A stretch of 64,000 nucleotides of DNA from a bacterium (lineage in GTDB: Bacteria > Verrucomicrobiota > Kiritimatiellia > CAIKKV01 > CAITUY01): the NCBI GenBank assembly GCA_037143175.1, contig JBAWZF010000011.1:3747-67746 (forward strand), read 5' to 3'. The notes under the pieces were generated by a model. That model was given only the letters and a program-made list of their open reading frames with translations, made no database searches and had not been told where the DNA came from. Positions 1-9,882 of the stretch are shown here, in pieces. The position numbers and the translations under genes are program-made. Position 1 is the first letter of the stretch. Each line of letters opens with the position of its first letter.

Positions 1-1
1 C

Positions 2-1828
2 GGTGGGATTGCGGCGGCGTGGGTGACCCTGATCATTTTTTCTGAGGTTTGCCGGCGCGCCATGCGGACGTTGAGCCAGCAGGAGTTGGTGATTCTCCTC
101 GTGGTGGCGGGAGCCATGGCGGCAGGCGGACCGTTTGCGGGCCTCGTCTGGCGGCAGTATTTAGTCCAGAGTGATGCGGTGCGGGACATCGGGTTGCTCG
201 GGAAATTTCCAGCGTGGTTTGCTCCGCAACCAACCTCGGATGCCATCCTGAGCCGTAATTTCTTTGATGCCGCCTGGATTACCCCCGTCCTGCTAATCCT
301 GTTCATGACCATCATCGGGCGGTTCACAAGTTACACGCTGGGCTATATCTTCTTCCGGCTGACATCGGATGTGGAGCGTCTGCCGTTTCCCTTTGCCGGG
401 ATCGCGGCCCAGGGGGCGATGGCGCTGTCCGAGTCCGGAGAACGCAAAACGACGTGGAAATGGAAAATGTTTTCGCTGGGAGCCATTCTCGGGATTGTTT
501 TTGGGATTATCCAGATCGGGATACCGCTGGTGACGGGGTCGCTCTTGGCCAAGCCGGTCCAGATTATTCCTTTGCCATGGTATGACATGACCACCATGAC
601 TCAGAGCCTGCTGCCTGCCACGCCCACGGGGCTCATCATCGATCTGGGTCTGGTGATTACGGGAATGATCATTCCCTTCTGGGCGTTGGTCGGGACGGGT
701 GCCGCCATTCTCCTGACGCTGGTGATGAATCCACTGCTGCACCACCTGGGGGTGCTCACGCGCTGGCAACCTGGCATGGATACGGTGGCCACGACGTTCG
801 CGAATTCCATCGATTTCTGGATGAGTTTCACGATGGGGGTGACGGCCGCTATTGCGGTCATCTCGATTTTTCAGACTGGGCGGGATCTGTTCCGCAAGGG
901 GCGGGAGATGAAGGCGCGTCGCGCCGCGGAAGGACCGGTTGCACATCCACAGAACCTGTGGGATACGCCTCCGGGACGAGGCGATTTCTCCCTGTGGATT
1001 GCGGCTGGTGTTTATGTGGTGTGCGCCTCCATCGTGGTATGGCTGTGTCATGTTCTGGTGCCGGGTTTTCCGGTCATTTTCCTCATCTTTTTCACGTTCT
1101 TCTACACCCCGCTCATCTCTTACATCAATGCGAGGTTGATCGGGATTGTCGGTCAGAATGTGGAAATTCCTTTTGTGCGTGAGGCGGCTTTCATTTTGTC
1201 GGGTTACAAGGGCGTTGAAATCTGGTTAGCCCCGATCCCGGTCGAGAACTTTGGCGGCATGGCCCAGTCCTTCCGGACGAACGAATTGACCGGGACCAAT
1301 TTCTGGTCCTTCGTCAAGGCCGACTGCCTGGTCACGCCGTTGACGTTCATCTTGAGTTTTGTCTTCTGGGCGTTTATCTGGCATTCGAGTGCGATCCCCT
1401 CCGATTTGTACCCGTTTGCCCAGAAGATGTGGGATCTGCAAGCCAAGAATACTGTTTTACTTTACTCGGCTACCTTGGATACGGGGGGGGCGCAACCCCT
1501 GTTTTTCCAGGCCCTTCATCCTTGGGTGATTGCCGGTTCCTTCTCCTTCGGGGTCATTGGGTTTGCACTGCTCTCGGCGTTCAGTCTGCCGGTGATGACC
1601 GTGTATGGGTTTGTGCAGGGAGTGGGAAATATGCCGCATGCGTTCGTGGCGATGATTATCGGAGGACTGATCGGGAAGTTCTACTTCCATAAGCGATTTG
1701 GGCAGAAACGTTTTCTTGAAATTACGCCTGTAGTGGTGGCGGGCTATGGCACGGGAATCGGCTTGATAGCCCTGATTGGTGTGGCCATCAATCTGATTGT
1801 TTCGGCCGTGTCGTCTTCTAGGTTTTGA
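2..1828 (+). CDS. polytopic integral membrane transporter, possibly OPT (oligopeptide transporter) family; 5' end open to window edge
   Basis: Reading frame stays open from the GTG at 23 back to position 2, so the true start probably lies upstream of the window. More than 12 hydrophobic helices, about 600 aa, and an FPxxGxA-like motif (LPFPFAGIAAQGA). The stop overlaps the next start (ATGA). Confidence 0.5.
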   Translation, partial: GGIAAAWVTLIIFSEVCRRAMRTLSQQELVILLVVAGAMAAGGPFAGLVWRQYLVQSDAVRDIGLLGKFPAWFAPQPTSDAILSRNFFDAAWITPVLLILFMTIIGRFTSYTLGYIFFRLTSDVERLPFPFAGIAAQGAMALSESGERKTTWKWKMFSLGAILGIVFGIIQIGIPLVTGSLLAKPVQIIPLPWYDMTTMTQSLLPATPTGLIIDLGLVITGMIIPFWALVGTGAAILLTLVMNPLLHHLGVLTRWQPGMDTVATTFANSIDFWMSFTMGVTAAIAVISIFQTGRDLFRKGREMKARRAAEGPVAHPQNLWDTPPGRGDFSLWIAAGVYVVCASIVVWLCHVLVPGFPVIFLIFFTFFYTPLISYINARLIGIVGQNVEIPFVREAAFILSGYKGVEIWLAPIPVENFGGMAQSFRTNELTGTNFWSFVKADCLVTPLTFILSFVFWAFIWHSSAIPSDLYPFAQKMWDLQAKNTVLLYSATLDTGGAQPLFFQALHPWVIAGSFSFGVIGFALLSAFSLPVMTVYGFVQGVGNMPHAFVAMIIGGLIGKFYFHKRFGQKRFLEITPVVVAGYGTGIGLIALIGVAINLIVSAVSSSRF

Positions 1829-2862
1829 CGGAGTTCATCATGGAACAAAAAATTGGAAAACAAATCAAACTGCCCTTCCGGCGGGCGATGCAGATCTCTC
1901 TCAGGGGGATTCGGATCCGTTTCGGACGGTCATTGGTGACGGTTTCCGGCGTGGTGCTGGGAATAGCCTTTCTCATGAGCAATCTGACCGGGCAGTTGAT
2001 CAAGCAGGCGATTGCCAAGGAACGGGCCCAGCGGGATACGGTCAATATGATGCTTTCGCTCGTACGGGCGGAGATCGGGTCGGTGTCGGGGAAGAAAATC
2101 GCCGTGGCAGTCTGTGGTGCCCTGAGCGATGCGGATCGGTTGCTGCTTGAGCAAGTGGTGGCAGCCGGGCCCGAATCGGTGCGCGGATTGGGTTTTGAAA
2201 TGAATGGTGTTACATCGGTTCCGGTCGAGAGTTTGGGGCAGGAGGCGGCGCTGTTGTTGGTGCTGGGGAATGCAGCAAGGAGTGAACTTAAGCTCTCCAC
2301 GTTGTCGGCCGGGATGAGGCAGCGCGTGGTGCTCGATTCAGTGGAAGACCGTGTTTACGCCGATCCTGTCGACTCGTCCGTAAGGCGCGAGCCGTTCTTT
2401 GGCAGGGAGAGTGATGAGCAGATCCAGAAGGCGCAACAGCAGGCGCGTGCGGAGCGGTTCCGTACAATCTGGATTGTGGGCATTTCGTTGTTGGTCACGG
2501 TGTTGGGAGTGGCGAATGCACTGTTGATGTCGGTAACGGAGCGTTTCCGTGAAATTGGTACCATGAAATGTCTGGGTGCCTTATCGGCCTTTATCAGGAC
2601 GCTCTTTTTAATTGAGAGTTCATTGATCGGGTTGGCTGGCTCGCTGGTTGGGGTGGTGGTTGGCGCTCTGCTGCCGATGATTGCGTATAGCTTTGCGTTC
2701 CGTTTCGGACTGGTATTCGGTTCCATGCCATATGGGACGCTCTTTATTTCGGCGGCGGGGGCGGTCGTGGTGGGGACGTTGTTGGCAGTTCTCGCGGCGA
2801 TCTATCCGGCTCGATTCGCTTCACGAATGGTGCCGGCCTCAGCGTTAAGGAGTACGGTATGA
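1825..2862 (+). CDS. ABC transporter permease, FtsX/MacB/LolC-like
   Basis: N-terminal TM helix, a periplasmic domain, then a C-terminal three-helix FtsX-like region (TMKCLGALSAFIRTLFLIESSLIGLAGSLVGVVVG). 4-bp overlaps with both neighbours. Confidence 0.8.
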   Translation: MTEFIMEQKIGKQIKLPFRRAMQISLRGIRIRFGRSLVTVSGVVLGIAFLMSNLTGQLIKQAIAKERAQRDTVNMMLSLVRAEIGSVSGKKIAVAVCGALSDADRLLLEQVVAAGPESVRGLGFEMNGVTSVPVESLGQEAALLLVLGNAARSELKLSTLSAGMRQRVVLDSVEDRVYADPVDSSVRREPFFGRESDEQIQKAQQQARAERFRTIWIVGISLLVTVLGVANALLMSVTERFREIGTMKCLGALSAFIRTLFLIESSLIGLAGSLVGVVVGALLPMIAYSFAFRFGLVFGSMPYGTLFISAAGAVVVGTLLAVLAAIYPARFASRMVPASALRSTV

Positions 2863-3659
2863 GCAACGAGGATAACCAAACAACGGGGATGTCAACACGG
2901 CTGGATGAAATGCTGGCTGGTGCCCGCGATTCGGCCAAGGGTAGCTATGTCATCCGGGCAGTAGGGGTTAAGAAGGTCTACAAGATGGGGGATTTGGAAA
3001 CCCATGCCCTCCGCGGTGTAACGCTCGATGTGCGCCGGGGCGAGTATATGTCCATCATGGGGCCGTCCGGATCGGGCAAGTCCACGTTTTTCAACATGAT
3101 TGGCGGGTTGGACAAACCGACGGCCGGTAAGGTCTATATCGATCAGGTGGACATTGCACAACTGGATCCCTACGAACTGGCCTGGCTGCGATGCCGCAAG
3201 GTGGGTTACATTTTCCAGATGTTCAACCTGATCCAGGTGATGTCGTGCCTTGAAAACGTGATGCTGCCGATGTCCTTCGCGGGTAAGGATAGCGAAGAGG
3301 CGCGCGAGAAAGCCTTGGAGATTTTGGGCCTGGTGGGCCTGGCGGAAAGAGCGCTACATAAACCGGCCGAAATGTCGGGCGGACAGCAGCAACGTGTGGC
3401 GATTGCCCGGGCACTGGCGAACACTCCGGACATTCTGCTGGCCGACGAGCCGACCGGAAACTTGGATTTGAAGACAGGGGAAGAGATTATCGAACTGTTC
3501 AAGCACTTGAGGGACACGCTGGGGGTTACGATTATCACGGCCACGCACGACCTCAAGATGCTCAAGGCGTCGGATCGGATTGTATGGATTGAGGATGGCA
3601 ATCTGGCGCGCGTCTCGACGCCGGAAGAATCTGGAATCCACTTGGAAGAGGTTCATTGA
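2859..3659 (+). CDS. ABC transporter ATP-binding protein (MacB/LolD family), copy 1
   Basis: Walker A GPSGSGKST, signature LSGGQQQRVAIARAL, Walker B ILLADEPTGNLD, H-loop ATHD. Confidence 0.9.
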   Translation: MSNEDNQTTGMSTRLDEMLAGARDSAKGSYVIRAVGVKKVYKMGDLETHALRGVTLDVRRGEYMSIMGPSGSGKSTFFNMIGGLDKPTAGKVYIDQVDIAQLDPYELAWLRCRKVGYIFQMFNLIQVMSCLENVMLPMSFAGKDSEEAREKALEILGLVGLAERALHKPAEMSGGQQQRVAIARALANTPDILLADEPTGNLDLKTGEEIIELFKHLRDTLGVTIITATHDLKMLKASDRIVWIEDGNLARVSTPEESGIHLEEVH

Positions 3660-4066
3660 TGGGGTTTTTTCGCAAAAAAACGATACCGCCGAAGGCTCCG
3701 GTGATCAGCAATCCGCTGGCCGTGGTGCCGTTAAAGCCTGATAACGTTGAAGTTAAAAAAGACAGTCAGGGGCTCATCCACTTAAAGATGACCCCGCCAC
3801 TCAAGCCGTTTAAACGCAAGGTCGCGAAGTGGTTGCGCTACGAGTATAGCGCGAAGCTCGAATTGGATGAGTATGGTACATTCTTTTATAGTTTGGTGGA
3901 TGGCGAGCAGACGTTGAGTTCCATTGTCGATGCCATGGCACAGAAGTTGGGTAAGAGCCGAAAAGAGACTGCGATGAACGTAGTCGCCTTTACGAAATCG
4001 CTGATGACCCGGAACATGCTGGTCTTGATGGTTCCGGCAAAGATACCCCTGCGAGGAGAATCATGA
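3656..4066 (+). CDS. PqqD-family peptide-binding domain protein (RiPP recognition element-like)
   Basis: C-terminal roughly 80 aa, LDEYGTFFYSLVDGEQTLSSIVDAMAQKLGKSRKETAMNVVAFTKSLMTRNMLV, fit the PqqD/RRE pattern (LNxxGxxIWxLxDGxxTxxEIxxxL...). 4-bp overlaps on both sides. Confidence 0.6.
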   Translation: MMGFFRKKTIPPKAPVISNPLAVVPLKPDNVEVKKDSQGLIHLKMTPPLKPFKRKVAKWLRYEYSAKLELDEYGTFFYSLVDGEQTLSSIVDAMAQKLGKSRKETAMNVVAFTKSLMTRNMLVLMVPAKIPLRGES

Positions 4067-4794
4067 GTGAGATTGAGATTATTGCCAAAGCGACGAATGT
4101 CACCCGGAAATACACGATGGGCAAGGAGTCTGTATGGGCCTTGAACGGGGTCTCCCTTGACATTTATAAGGGTGAATATCTTTCCATTATGGGGCCGTCG
4201 GGGTCTGGTAAATCCACTTTCTTTAACATGATTGGGGCATTGGATTTCCCGACAACCGGTGTGATTGAGTTCATGGGGGCGGATTTGTTCTCACTGCCAG
4301 AAGAGCAGCAAGCGTGGATCCGTTGTAACAAAATTGGTTATATATTCCAGACCTTCAATCTGGTCACGGTGATGACGGCGCTTGAGAATGTTGCGTTACC
4401 TGCCGTATTGCGGGGTGACTCGCCGGAAGAAGCCACGGAACATGCCCGTAAGGTGCTGGAAATCGTGGGGTTGGGGCATCGTTTGGATCATTTGCCCATG
4501 CAGTTGTCCGGCGGACAGCAGCAACGTGTGGCCATTGCCCGTGCCCTGGTGAACCAGCCGTCGGTGATTCTTGCGGATGAGCCTACTGGAAACCTGGACA
4601 GCAAGACAGGGCTGGAAATTATTGAATTATTGTGCCGGTTGCAGCGAGAACAGAATGTGACTATTATCACCGCCACTCACGATGCACGGATGATCGCGGT
4701 ATCTGATCGTGTGATCTGGATTCGTGATGGCAAACTCGAGCGGATCGCCTTGCGTAATGAATTGAATGTAGAGGTGGGCGGTTTGAAGAATTAA
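4063..4794 (+). CDS. ABC transporter ATP-binding protein (MacB/LolD family), copy 2 (paralog of 2859..3659)
   Basis: Walker A GPSGSGKST, LSGGQQQRVAIARAL, ILADEPTGNLD. Long stretches are near-identical to copy 1 at both protein and DNA level. Confidence 0.9.
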   Translation: MSEIEIIAKATNVTRKYTMGKESVWALNGVSLDIYKGEYLSIMGPSGSGKSTFFNMIGALDFPTTGVIEFMGADLFSLPEEQQAWIRCNKIGYIFQTFNLVTVMTALENVALPAVLRGDSPEEATEHARKVLEIVGLGHRLDHLPMQLSGGQQQRVAIARALVNQPSVILADEPTGNLDSKTGLEIIELLCRLQREQNVTIITATHDARMIAVSDRVIWIRDGKLERIALRNELNVEVGGLKN

Positions 4795-4845
4795 TCTTGT
4801 CACTAAAAGATTAAAGGGTGCGGAGCACTTTTAGAGAGGTCGATT

Positions 4846-5280
4846 ATGTTAAAAGGTATTTCCCCGTTGTTGAGTCCTGAATTGCTATCTGTGTTGTGCC
4901 GGATGGGTCATGGGGATGAAATCGTGCTGGCGGATGCACATTTTCCCGGAGAGACGTTTGGGAAGCGTGTCATCCGGGCCGACGGGCTTGCGATTCCGGT
5001 TTTAATTGACGCCATATTGCCGGTATTCGAGCTGGACGCTTATGTGGACGCCCCGTTGGTCATGATGGCGGCAGTGTCCGGTGACAAACTTGATCCCCGC
5101 GTTGAGAAGGCCTATCGTGCGGCGGTTGACCGGCATGCTCCAAAAACTCCGGCTATCGCTCGAATTGACCGGTTTGCCTTTTATGACCGGGCGCAATCCG
5201 CCTTCGCGGTAGTGATGACCGGCGAACTGGCAAAGTATGGAAATATCATCCTCAAAAAGGGTGTGACGCCAGTTGGGTGA
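4846..5280 (+). CDS. RbsD/FucU family sugar mutarotase (L-fucose mutarotase-like)
   Basis: [34 protein letters not shown] is the hallmark N-terminus of the RbsD/FucU family. About 144 aa. Confidence 0.8.
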   Translation: MLKGISPLLSPELLSVLCRMGHGDEIVLADAHFPGETFGKRVIRADGLAIPVLIDAILPVFELDAYVDAPLVMMAAVSGDKLDPRVEKAYRAAVDRHAPKTPAIARIDRFAFYDRAQSAFAVVMTGELAKYGNIILKKGVTPVG

Positions 5281-5284
5281 ACCG

Positions 5285-6316
5285 ATGACTCAAAAAACCG
5301 GAATAACGGCGGCGGGGAATTGGATTGTCGATCGGGTGAAGCGGGTGGATTGCCTTCCCGCCCGCGGGATGCTGGCCAATATCAAGGATCAAACCTTTAG
5401 TCCCGGCGGGGCTCCTGCCAACGTCCTTAATGATCTGGCGCGGCTTCAGGTGTCATATCGGCTGGCTGGCCTGGGAGTGGTTGGCAATGACGCTGACGGT
5501 CAGTATCTGCGTCGTGTGTTCTCGGAATTGGGAGTGGATATCGCCGGGTTAGAGGTGACGGACTCCGCTCCGACCTCTTTCACGGACGTGATGAACGATG
5601 AGACCACGGGGGATCGTGTGTTTTTCCATAATCGTGGCGCGAACGCCCTGTTCAGTCCCCCGCATGTGGATATCCATCACCTGGATTGCCGGATTTTTCA
5701 CCTGGGTTATCTTTTGTTGTTAGACGCCATGGATCAGACCGATCCTGTATATGGGACAGTGGCGGCGGGTTTGCTCAGACAGGTTCAGGCAGCGGGAATC
5801 CTGACCAGTTTGGATGTGGTGAGTGAGGAAAGTGACCGGTTTGCCCAGCTTGTGCCGCCCGCCCTGAAATATGTGGATTATCTGATCCTCAATGAAATCG
5901 AAACGGCCAGGGCAGTGGGGCTTAAGGTGCGGGATGAGCAGCGGAATCTTGATGGGGCCGCATTGATTGAAGCCGTGGAGCGGTTGTATGAATTTGGAAA
6001 CATGAAACTCGTGGCGGTGCACATGCCGGAAGGGGTTTACATGCGCGATCAAGCCGGGCGGCGTTATTCAAGGGGCTCTCTGGTGTTGCCGGAAGGGTAT
6101 ATTGCTGGTGCCGTCGGTGCGGGTGACGCTTTTTGTGCGGGAATGTTACATGGCCTGCATGAAGATTGGGATGTGTTGGAGATCGCTGGTTTGGCAAGTT
6201 GCTGTGCGGCGGCGAGTTTGTCGCGCCCGGGTGCCTCAGAAGGAGTCCAGCCCCTGGAAGAGACTCTTCATTTGGCCAAACGGTTTGGCGAACGTAAGCC
6301 GCCAGTATTAATTTAA
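5285..6316 (+). CDS. PfkB-family carbohydrate kinase
   Basis: C-terminal PfkB signature GAGDAFCAGMLHGL and a ribokinase-like length. An alternative TTG start lies at 5273. Confidence 0.8.
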   Translation: MTQKTGITAAGNWIVDRVKRVDCLPARGMLANIKDQTFSPGGAPANVLNDLARLQVSYRLAGLGVVGNDADGQYLRRVFSELGVDIAGLEVTDSAPTSFTDVMNDETTGDRVFFHNRGANALFSPPHVDIHHLDCRIFHLGYLLLLDAMDQTDPVYGTVAAGLLRQVQAAGILTSLDVVSEESDRFAQLVPPALKYVDYLILNEIETARAVGLKVRDEQRNLDGAALIEAVERLYEFGNMKLVAVHMPEGVYMRDQAGRRYSRGSLVLPEGYIAGAVGAGDAFCAGMLHGLHEDWDVLEIAGLASCCAAASLSRPGASEGVQPLEETLHLAKRFGERKPPVLI

Positions 6317-6325
6317 GGAACGTCC

Positions 6326-7552
6326 ATGAAGCAGAATCGAACTTTTGTCGGATTCGGGTTTGGCGCGATTCAAGCGGGACTATTTGGCTACGAAGCCTGG
6401 CGGTCAGGAAATTTTGGCAGGCTGGTTGTGGCGGAGGTGGTGCCCGCCATGGTGGAGGCGGTGCGCCGGAATAAAGGGCGCTATGCGCTCAATGTGGCGA
6501 CGCCGTCCGGAATTGAAACCCATGAGATCGGGCCGATCGAAATTCTGAATCCCCTGGTCGAGTGCGACCGGCTGTCCTTGATCAGGGCTGTGGCTGAGGC
6601 GGGGGAGATTGCCACCTCGTTGCCGAGCGTGGCGTTCTACGGGACGGGCAAGCCTGATGACGTGGTGGGCATTTTGACTGCCGGCCTGCGCGAAAAAATG
6701 TGTGATGCAGGGTTGCCTGCCGCGGTGATCTATACGGCGGAAAACCATAATCATGCGGCCGAAATTCTTTCTGAGACCCTGGAGGTTCAACTCGGTACAA
6801 GCCTTGGCGCCGCGCGGGCACAAGTACTTAATACCGTTATTGGGAAAATGAGCGGTGTGGTCACGGATGTGGGTCAAATTGCAGAGCAAAAACTGTGTCC
6901 GGTCGTGCCGGGCATGGTCCGTGCCTTCCTGGTCGAGGCATTCAATCGTATCCTTATTACCAAGATCGCATTACCTGGTTTCACCCGGGGGATTCAAGTG
7001 TTTGAGGAGAAGGCGGACTTGCTGCCGTTCGAAGAAGCAAAGCTGTATGGTCACAATGCTACCCATGCGCTGATTGGCTATCTCCTGCGAGAGCGTGGTG
7101 TGGTTACTATGGCTGAAGCGGCGCACGATCCGGAGCTGTTAACGTTTACACGTGAGGCGTTTTTGAAGGAATCCGGGGCGGCCCTGTGTCGAAAGTATCA
7201 GGGGGTGGATGCCCTCTTTACGCATGCGGGGTTCACGGCCTATGTAGATGATCTTCTGGTGCGGATGACGAATCCTTTCCTGAAGGATGCTGTGGACCGG
7301 GTTACGCGGGATAACCGTCGCAAACTGGGGTGGGATGACCGGTTGATCGGAACCATGAGGCTGGCCCTGGGGCAGGGGATCCAGCCGGAGCGGTATGCGC
7401 GGGGGGCCGCAGCGGCTATCCGTCAGCTTGCCGTGGAGGAGAAGACAACACCTACTTGCCTCATGGAGAGTTTGTGGAAAGATTATGATGCCGCGCAAGT
7501 GGCTCAAGTGCGACAGATGATTAATGCCGCGTTAACCGCTTTTCACTCTTGA
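6326..7552 (+). CDS. mannitol dehydrogenase family oxidoreductase (MtlD-like)
   Basis: N-terminal GxGxxG (FVGFGFGAIQAGL). KLYGHNATHALIGYLL and NPFLKDAVDRVTRDNRRKLGWDDRLIG align with E. coli MtlD KLFTLNTGHAITAYLG and [26 protein letters not shown]. Confidence 0.7.
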   Translation: MKQNRTFVGFGFGAIQAGLFGYEAWRSGNFGRLVVAEVVPAMVEAVRRNKGRYALNVATPSGIETHEIGPIEILNPLVECDRLSLIRAVAEAGEIATSLPSVAFYGTGKPDDVVGILTAGLREKMCDAGLPAAVIYTAENHNHAAEILSETLEVQLGTSLGAARAQVLNTVIGKMSGVVTDVGQIAEQKLCPVVPGMVRAFLVEAFNRILITKIALPGFTRGIQVFEEKADLLPFEEAKLYGHNATHALIGYLLRERGVVTMAEAAHDPELLTFTREAFLKESGAALCRKYQGVDALFTHAGFTAYVDDLLVRMTNPFLKDAVDRVTRDNRRKLGWDDRLIGTMRLALGQGIQPERYARGAAAAIRQLAVEEKTTPTCLMESLWKDYDAAQVAQVRQMINAALTAFHS

Positions 7553-7598
7553 GGCAGAATCTTCATAGTGCCAGAATGCCTGTATATCGCATGGATCC

Positions 7599-8399
7599 TC
7601 ACAGCGGTCGCTCGTGCTCCATCAGTGGGCCGCCCATGATGGCGGCTCCGCCATCCACGGCGAGAATTTGTCCGGTGATCTTTGCTGCCAGCGGACTGAG
7701 TAAAAATGCGGCTGCATTGGCGACGGCTTGCCTATCCTCGACGGGATCCCATGCGATAGGGCTGGATTGTGTCCAAATGTTGCCGATGTGTTCAAAGTCT
7801 GGGATCTTACTGGCTGCCGTTGTGGCGACGGGCCCGGAAGAAATGGCGTTGACTCGAATTTGGTCGCGGCCATGACGGCGGGCCAGGGCGCGAACCAGCG
7901 CTTCGAGAGCAGCCTTGTGAACTCCCATCCAGTTATATTGCGGATAGACATGGTGCGTATCAAATGAAAGGGCCAGGATAGCACCACCGGTTTTTAAATG
8001 GGGGGCAGCAAATTGACTGATGGTGGCGAGGGACGTGCAACTGATCTGGTAAGACTTGAGGACATCGGCCATGGAGCGAGTGTGGAATTCGTTGCCCATG
8101 CAGGTTTTGGGATTGGCATAAGCGATGGAATGAACGACACCGGCAAGCTCTCCGAGACCTGAGAAAAGTGATTCAATCTGGGACTCATCAGATACATCGC
8201 AGAAACGAAGGTCGAGGCGATTCTTTTCTTCCGTGGTTAAAACTTTGCTGGAGTTGAGATAGCGCTTATTGACGATCTCATTCTGGACGGAATAGATTAC
8301 TTTTCCGCCAAATCGTTCAATGGTGGTGCCAATAAAATAGGCTATGGAGTTTGGATCAAGCAAGCCCATAACCAAATAAGTTTTTCCTGATTCTATCAT
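7599..8399 (-). CDS. fabI: enoyl-[acyl-carrier-protein] reductase (NADH), FabI
   Basis: GKTYLVMGLLDPNSIAYFIG nucleotide-binding region and the Tyr/Lys catalytic region HHVYPQYNWMGVHKAALEALVRALA match FabI. 266 aa. Confidence 0.85.
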   Translation of the reverse strand: MIESGKTYLVMGLLDPNSIAYFIGTTIERFGGKVIYSVQNEIVNKRYLNSSKVLTTEEKNRLDLRFCDVSDESQIESLFSGLGELAGVVHSIAYANPKTCMGNEFHTRSMADVLKSYQISCTSLATISQFAAPHLKTGGAILALSFDTHHVYPQYNWMGVHKAALEALVRALARRHGRDQIRVNAISSGPVATTAASKIPDFEHIGNIWTQSSPIAWDPVEDRQAVANAAAFLLSPLAAKITGQILAVDGGAAIMGGPLMEHERPL

Positions 8400-8506
8400 G
8401 AAGTAGCCCTCTTTTCGTCACCTTGATAGCAATTGGTTTCAGTTGGGTCAAGGCACAGTATTGACATCGCTTGGCCTTTTGACTAGTTTATCAGCCGTTT
8501 TTTGAG

Positions 8507-8581
<75 letters not shown>

Positions 8582-8713
8582 GTTTTTCGTGAGATACTGC
8601 GATAAGGTTTCGGCACGCCAGAGAGTAAACGAAGCGGCTAGATTTTTCTAGCAACAAGTCGGATGACTGTTATATAATTTTGGCCTTGTAAATTTTTAAG
8701 GAAGGGAAATGCC

Positions 8714-9817
8714 ATGTTGAAAAACTTGATGATCGTCTGTGTGTGTGGTGGGGTTGTGACAGCTTTGAGCTCTGGGTGTAATAAGTCAGCTGAAGGAGAT
8801 GCCAAGGCGCCTGCTCCCAAGGTTGAGAAAGCGGTGGTCGAACTGAAGAATTCGGGTGATAAACCTACGGCGCCTGTGTTAGATCCTGCTTTGGTTTTGG
8901 TTGATGTGGGGGGTACAAAATTGACGGTGGCTGAAGCAGATCGCCAAGTGATGACGATGTTGGGTTCAAAAGCGGATCAGATTCCTCCTGCCCAGATGGA
9001 GGCGCTCATGGGGCGTTTTCGGCAGCAGGCCGTGCAGGGATTTGTCGTCCGTACGTTGTTGAGCCAGGAGGCTGATAAGCGGAAGTTTACCGTTTCGGAT
9101 AAGGATGTGGATGCAGAATTGGAGCTGATTAAAACCCGTTTGCCGGAGGGGAAAAAGCTTGAGGAAATTCTGAAATCGGAAAATATGACGGAAAAACAGC
9201 TTCGTGCTGATCTTACCGCCAAACTCCGTATTGATATGTTGTTGAAGGCGGAAGTGCCGACCAATAGCGTCGTTACTGATGAGGAAATCGCCAAGTTTTA
9301 TAATGAGCAAAAAGAGCGCTTTTTGCAGCCAGAGACGGTGCAGGCGCGGCACATCCTGATCAAACTGGATGCCACGGATGACGCCAAGGCCAAGGAGGCC
9401 AAGAAGGCCAAGATCGAAGCTCTTCGTAAGCAGTTGGTTGAGGGTGCTGATTTCACCAAGATCGCATTGGCGAATTCAGATTGCCCCAGCAAAGAGCGTG
9501 GTGGCGATCTTGGTTCCTTCCCCCGGGGGCAGATGGTCAAAGAGTTCGAGGAGGCAGCCTTCAATCAGGCTACCAATGCGATTGGTCCTGTGGTGGAGAC
9601 TCAGTTTGGGTATCACATCATTCAGGTGATGGAGCACGAAACGGCTAAGACCAACTCGTTGGAAGAAGTGAAGCCGAAATTGGCTGAACACCTGAAGCAG
9701 AAACAGCAGATGGAAATCTTTGAAAAGTTGATTGAAAAACTTAAGAAAAATACCAAGATCATCCAGTCTGACGTTTTAAAGCAGGCTCCGGAAATGCCGA
9801 TGATGGACGCTCAATAA
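8714..9817 (+). CDS. peptidyl-prolyl cis-trans isomerase, parvulin/SurA-PrsA-like lipoprotein
   Basis: Lipoprotein signal with a lipobox Cys (ALSSGC). Parvulin domain: RHILIKLD..., GGDLGSFPRGQMVKEFEEAAF, FGYHIIQV. Confidence 0.8.
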   Translation: MLKNLMIVCVCGGVVTALSSGCNKSAEGDAKAPAPKVEKAVVELKNSGDKPTAPVLDPALVLVDVGGTKLTVAEADRQVMTMLGSKADQIPPAQMEALMGRFRQQAVQGFVVRTLLSQEADKRKFTVSDKDVDAELELIKTRLPEGKKLEEILKSENMTEKQLRADLTAKLRIDMLLKAEVPTNSVVTDEEIAKFYNEQKERFLQPETVQARHILIKLDATDDAKAKEAKKAKIEALRKQLVEGADFTKIALANSDCPSKERGGDLGSFPRGQMVKEFEEAAFNQATNAIGPVVETQFGYHIIQVMEHETAKTNSLEEVKPKLAEHLKQKQQMEIFEKLIEKLKKNTKIIQSDVLKQAPEMPMMDAQ

Positions 9818-9842
9818 GTTTCGTGAGCGATTGGATCGAGAT

Positions 9843-9870
9843 AAGCCCGCTGAAAGGCGGGCTTTTTTAT
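9843..9870 (+). terminator. Rho-independent terminator after the PPIase gene
   Basis: Hairpin GCCCGC-tgaaag-GCGGGC followed by TTTTTTAT. Confidence 0.7.
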
Positions 9871-9882
9871 TGAGCGGATAGG

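Noticed and set aside
293-1051. 252-aa antisense ORF (Arg/His/Pro-rich) inside the 5' membrane-protein gene
   Set aside because: Its composition is typical of the reverse frame of GC-rich membrane-protein codons, it has no motifs, and the sense-strand gene is strongly supported.
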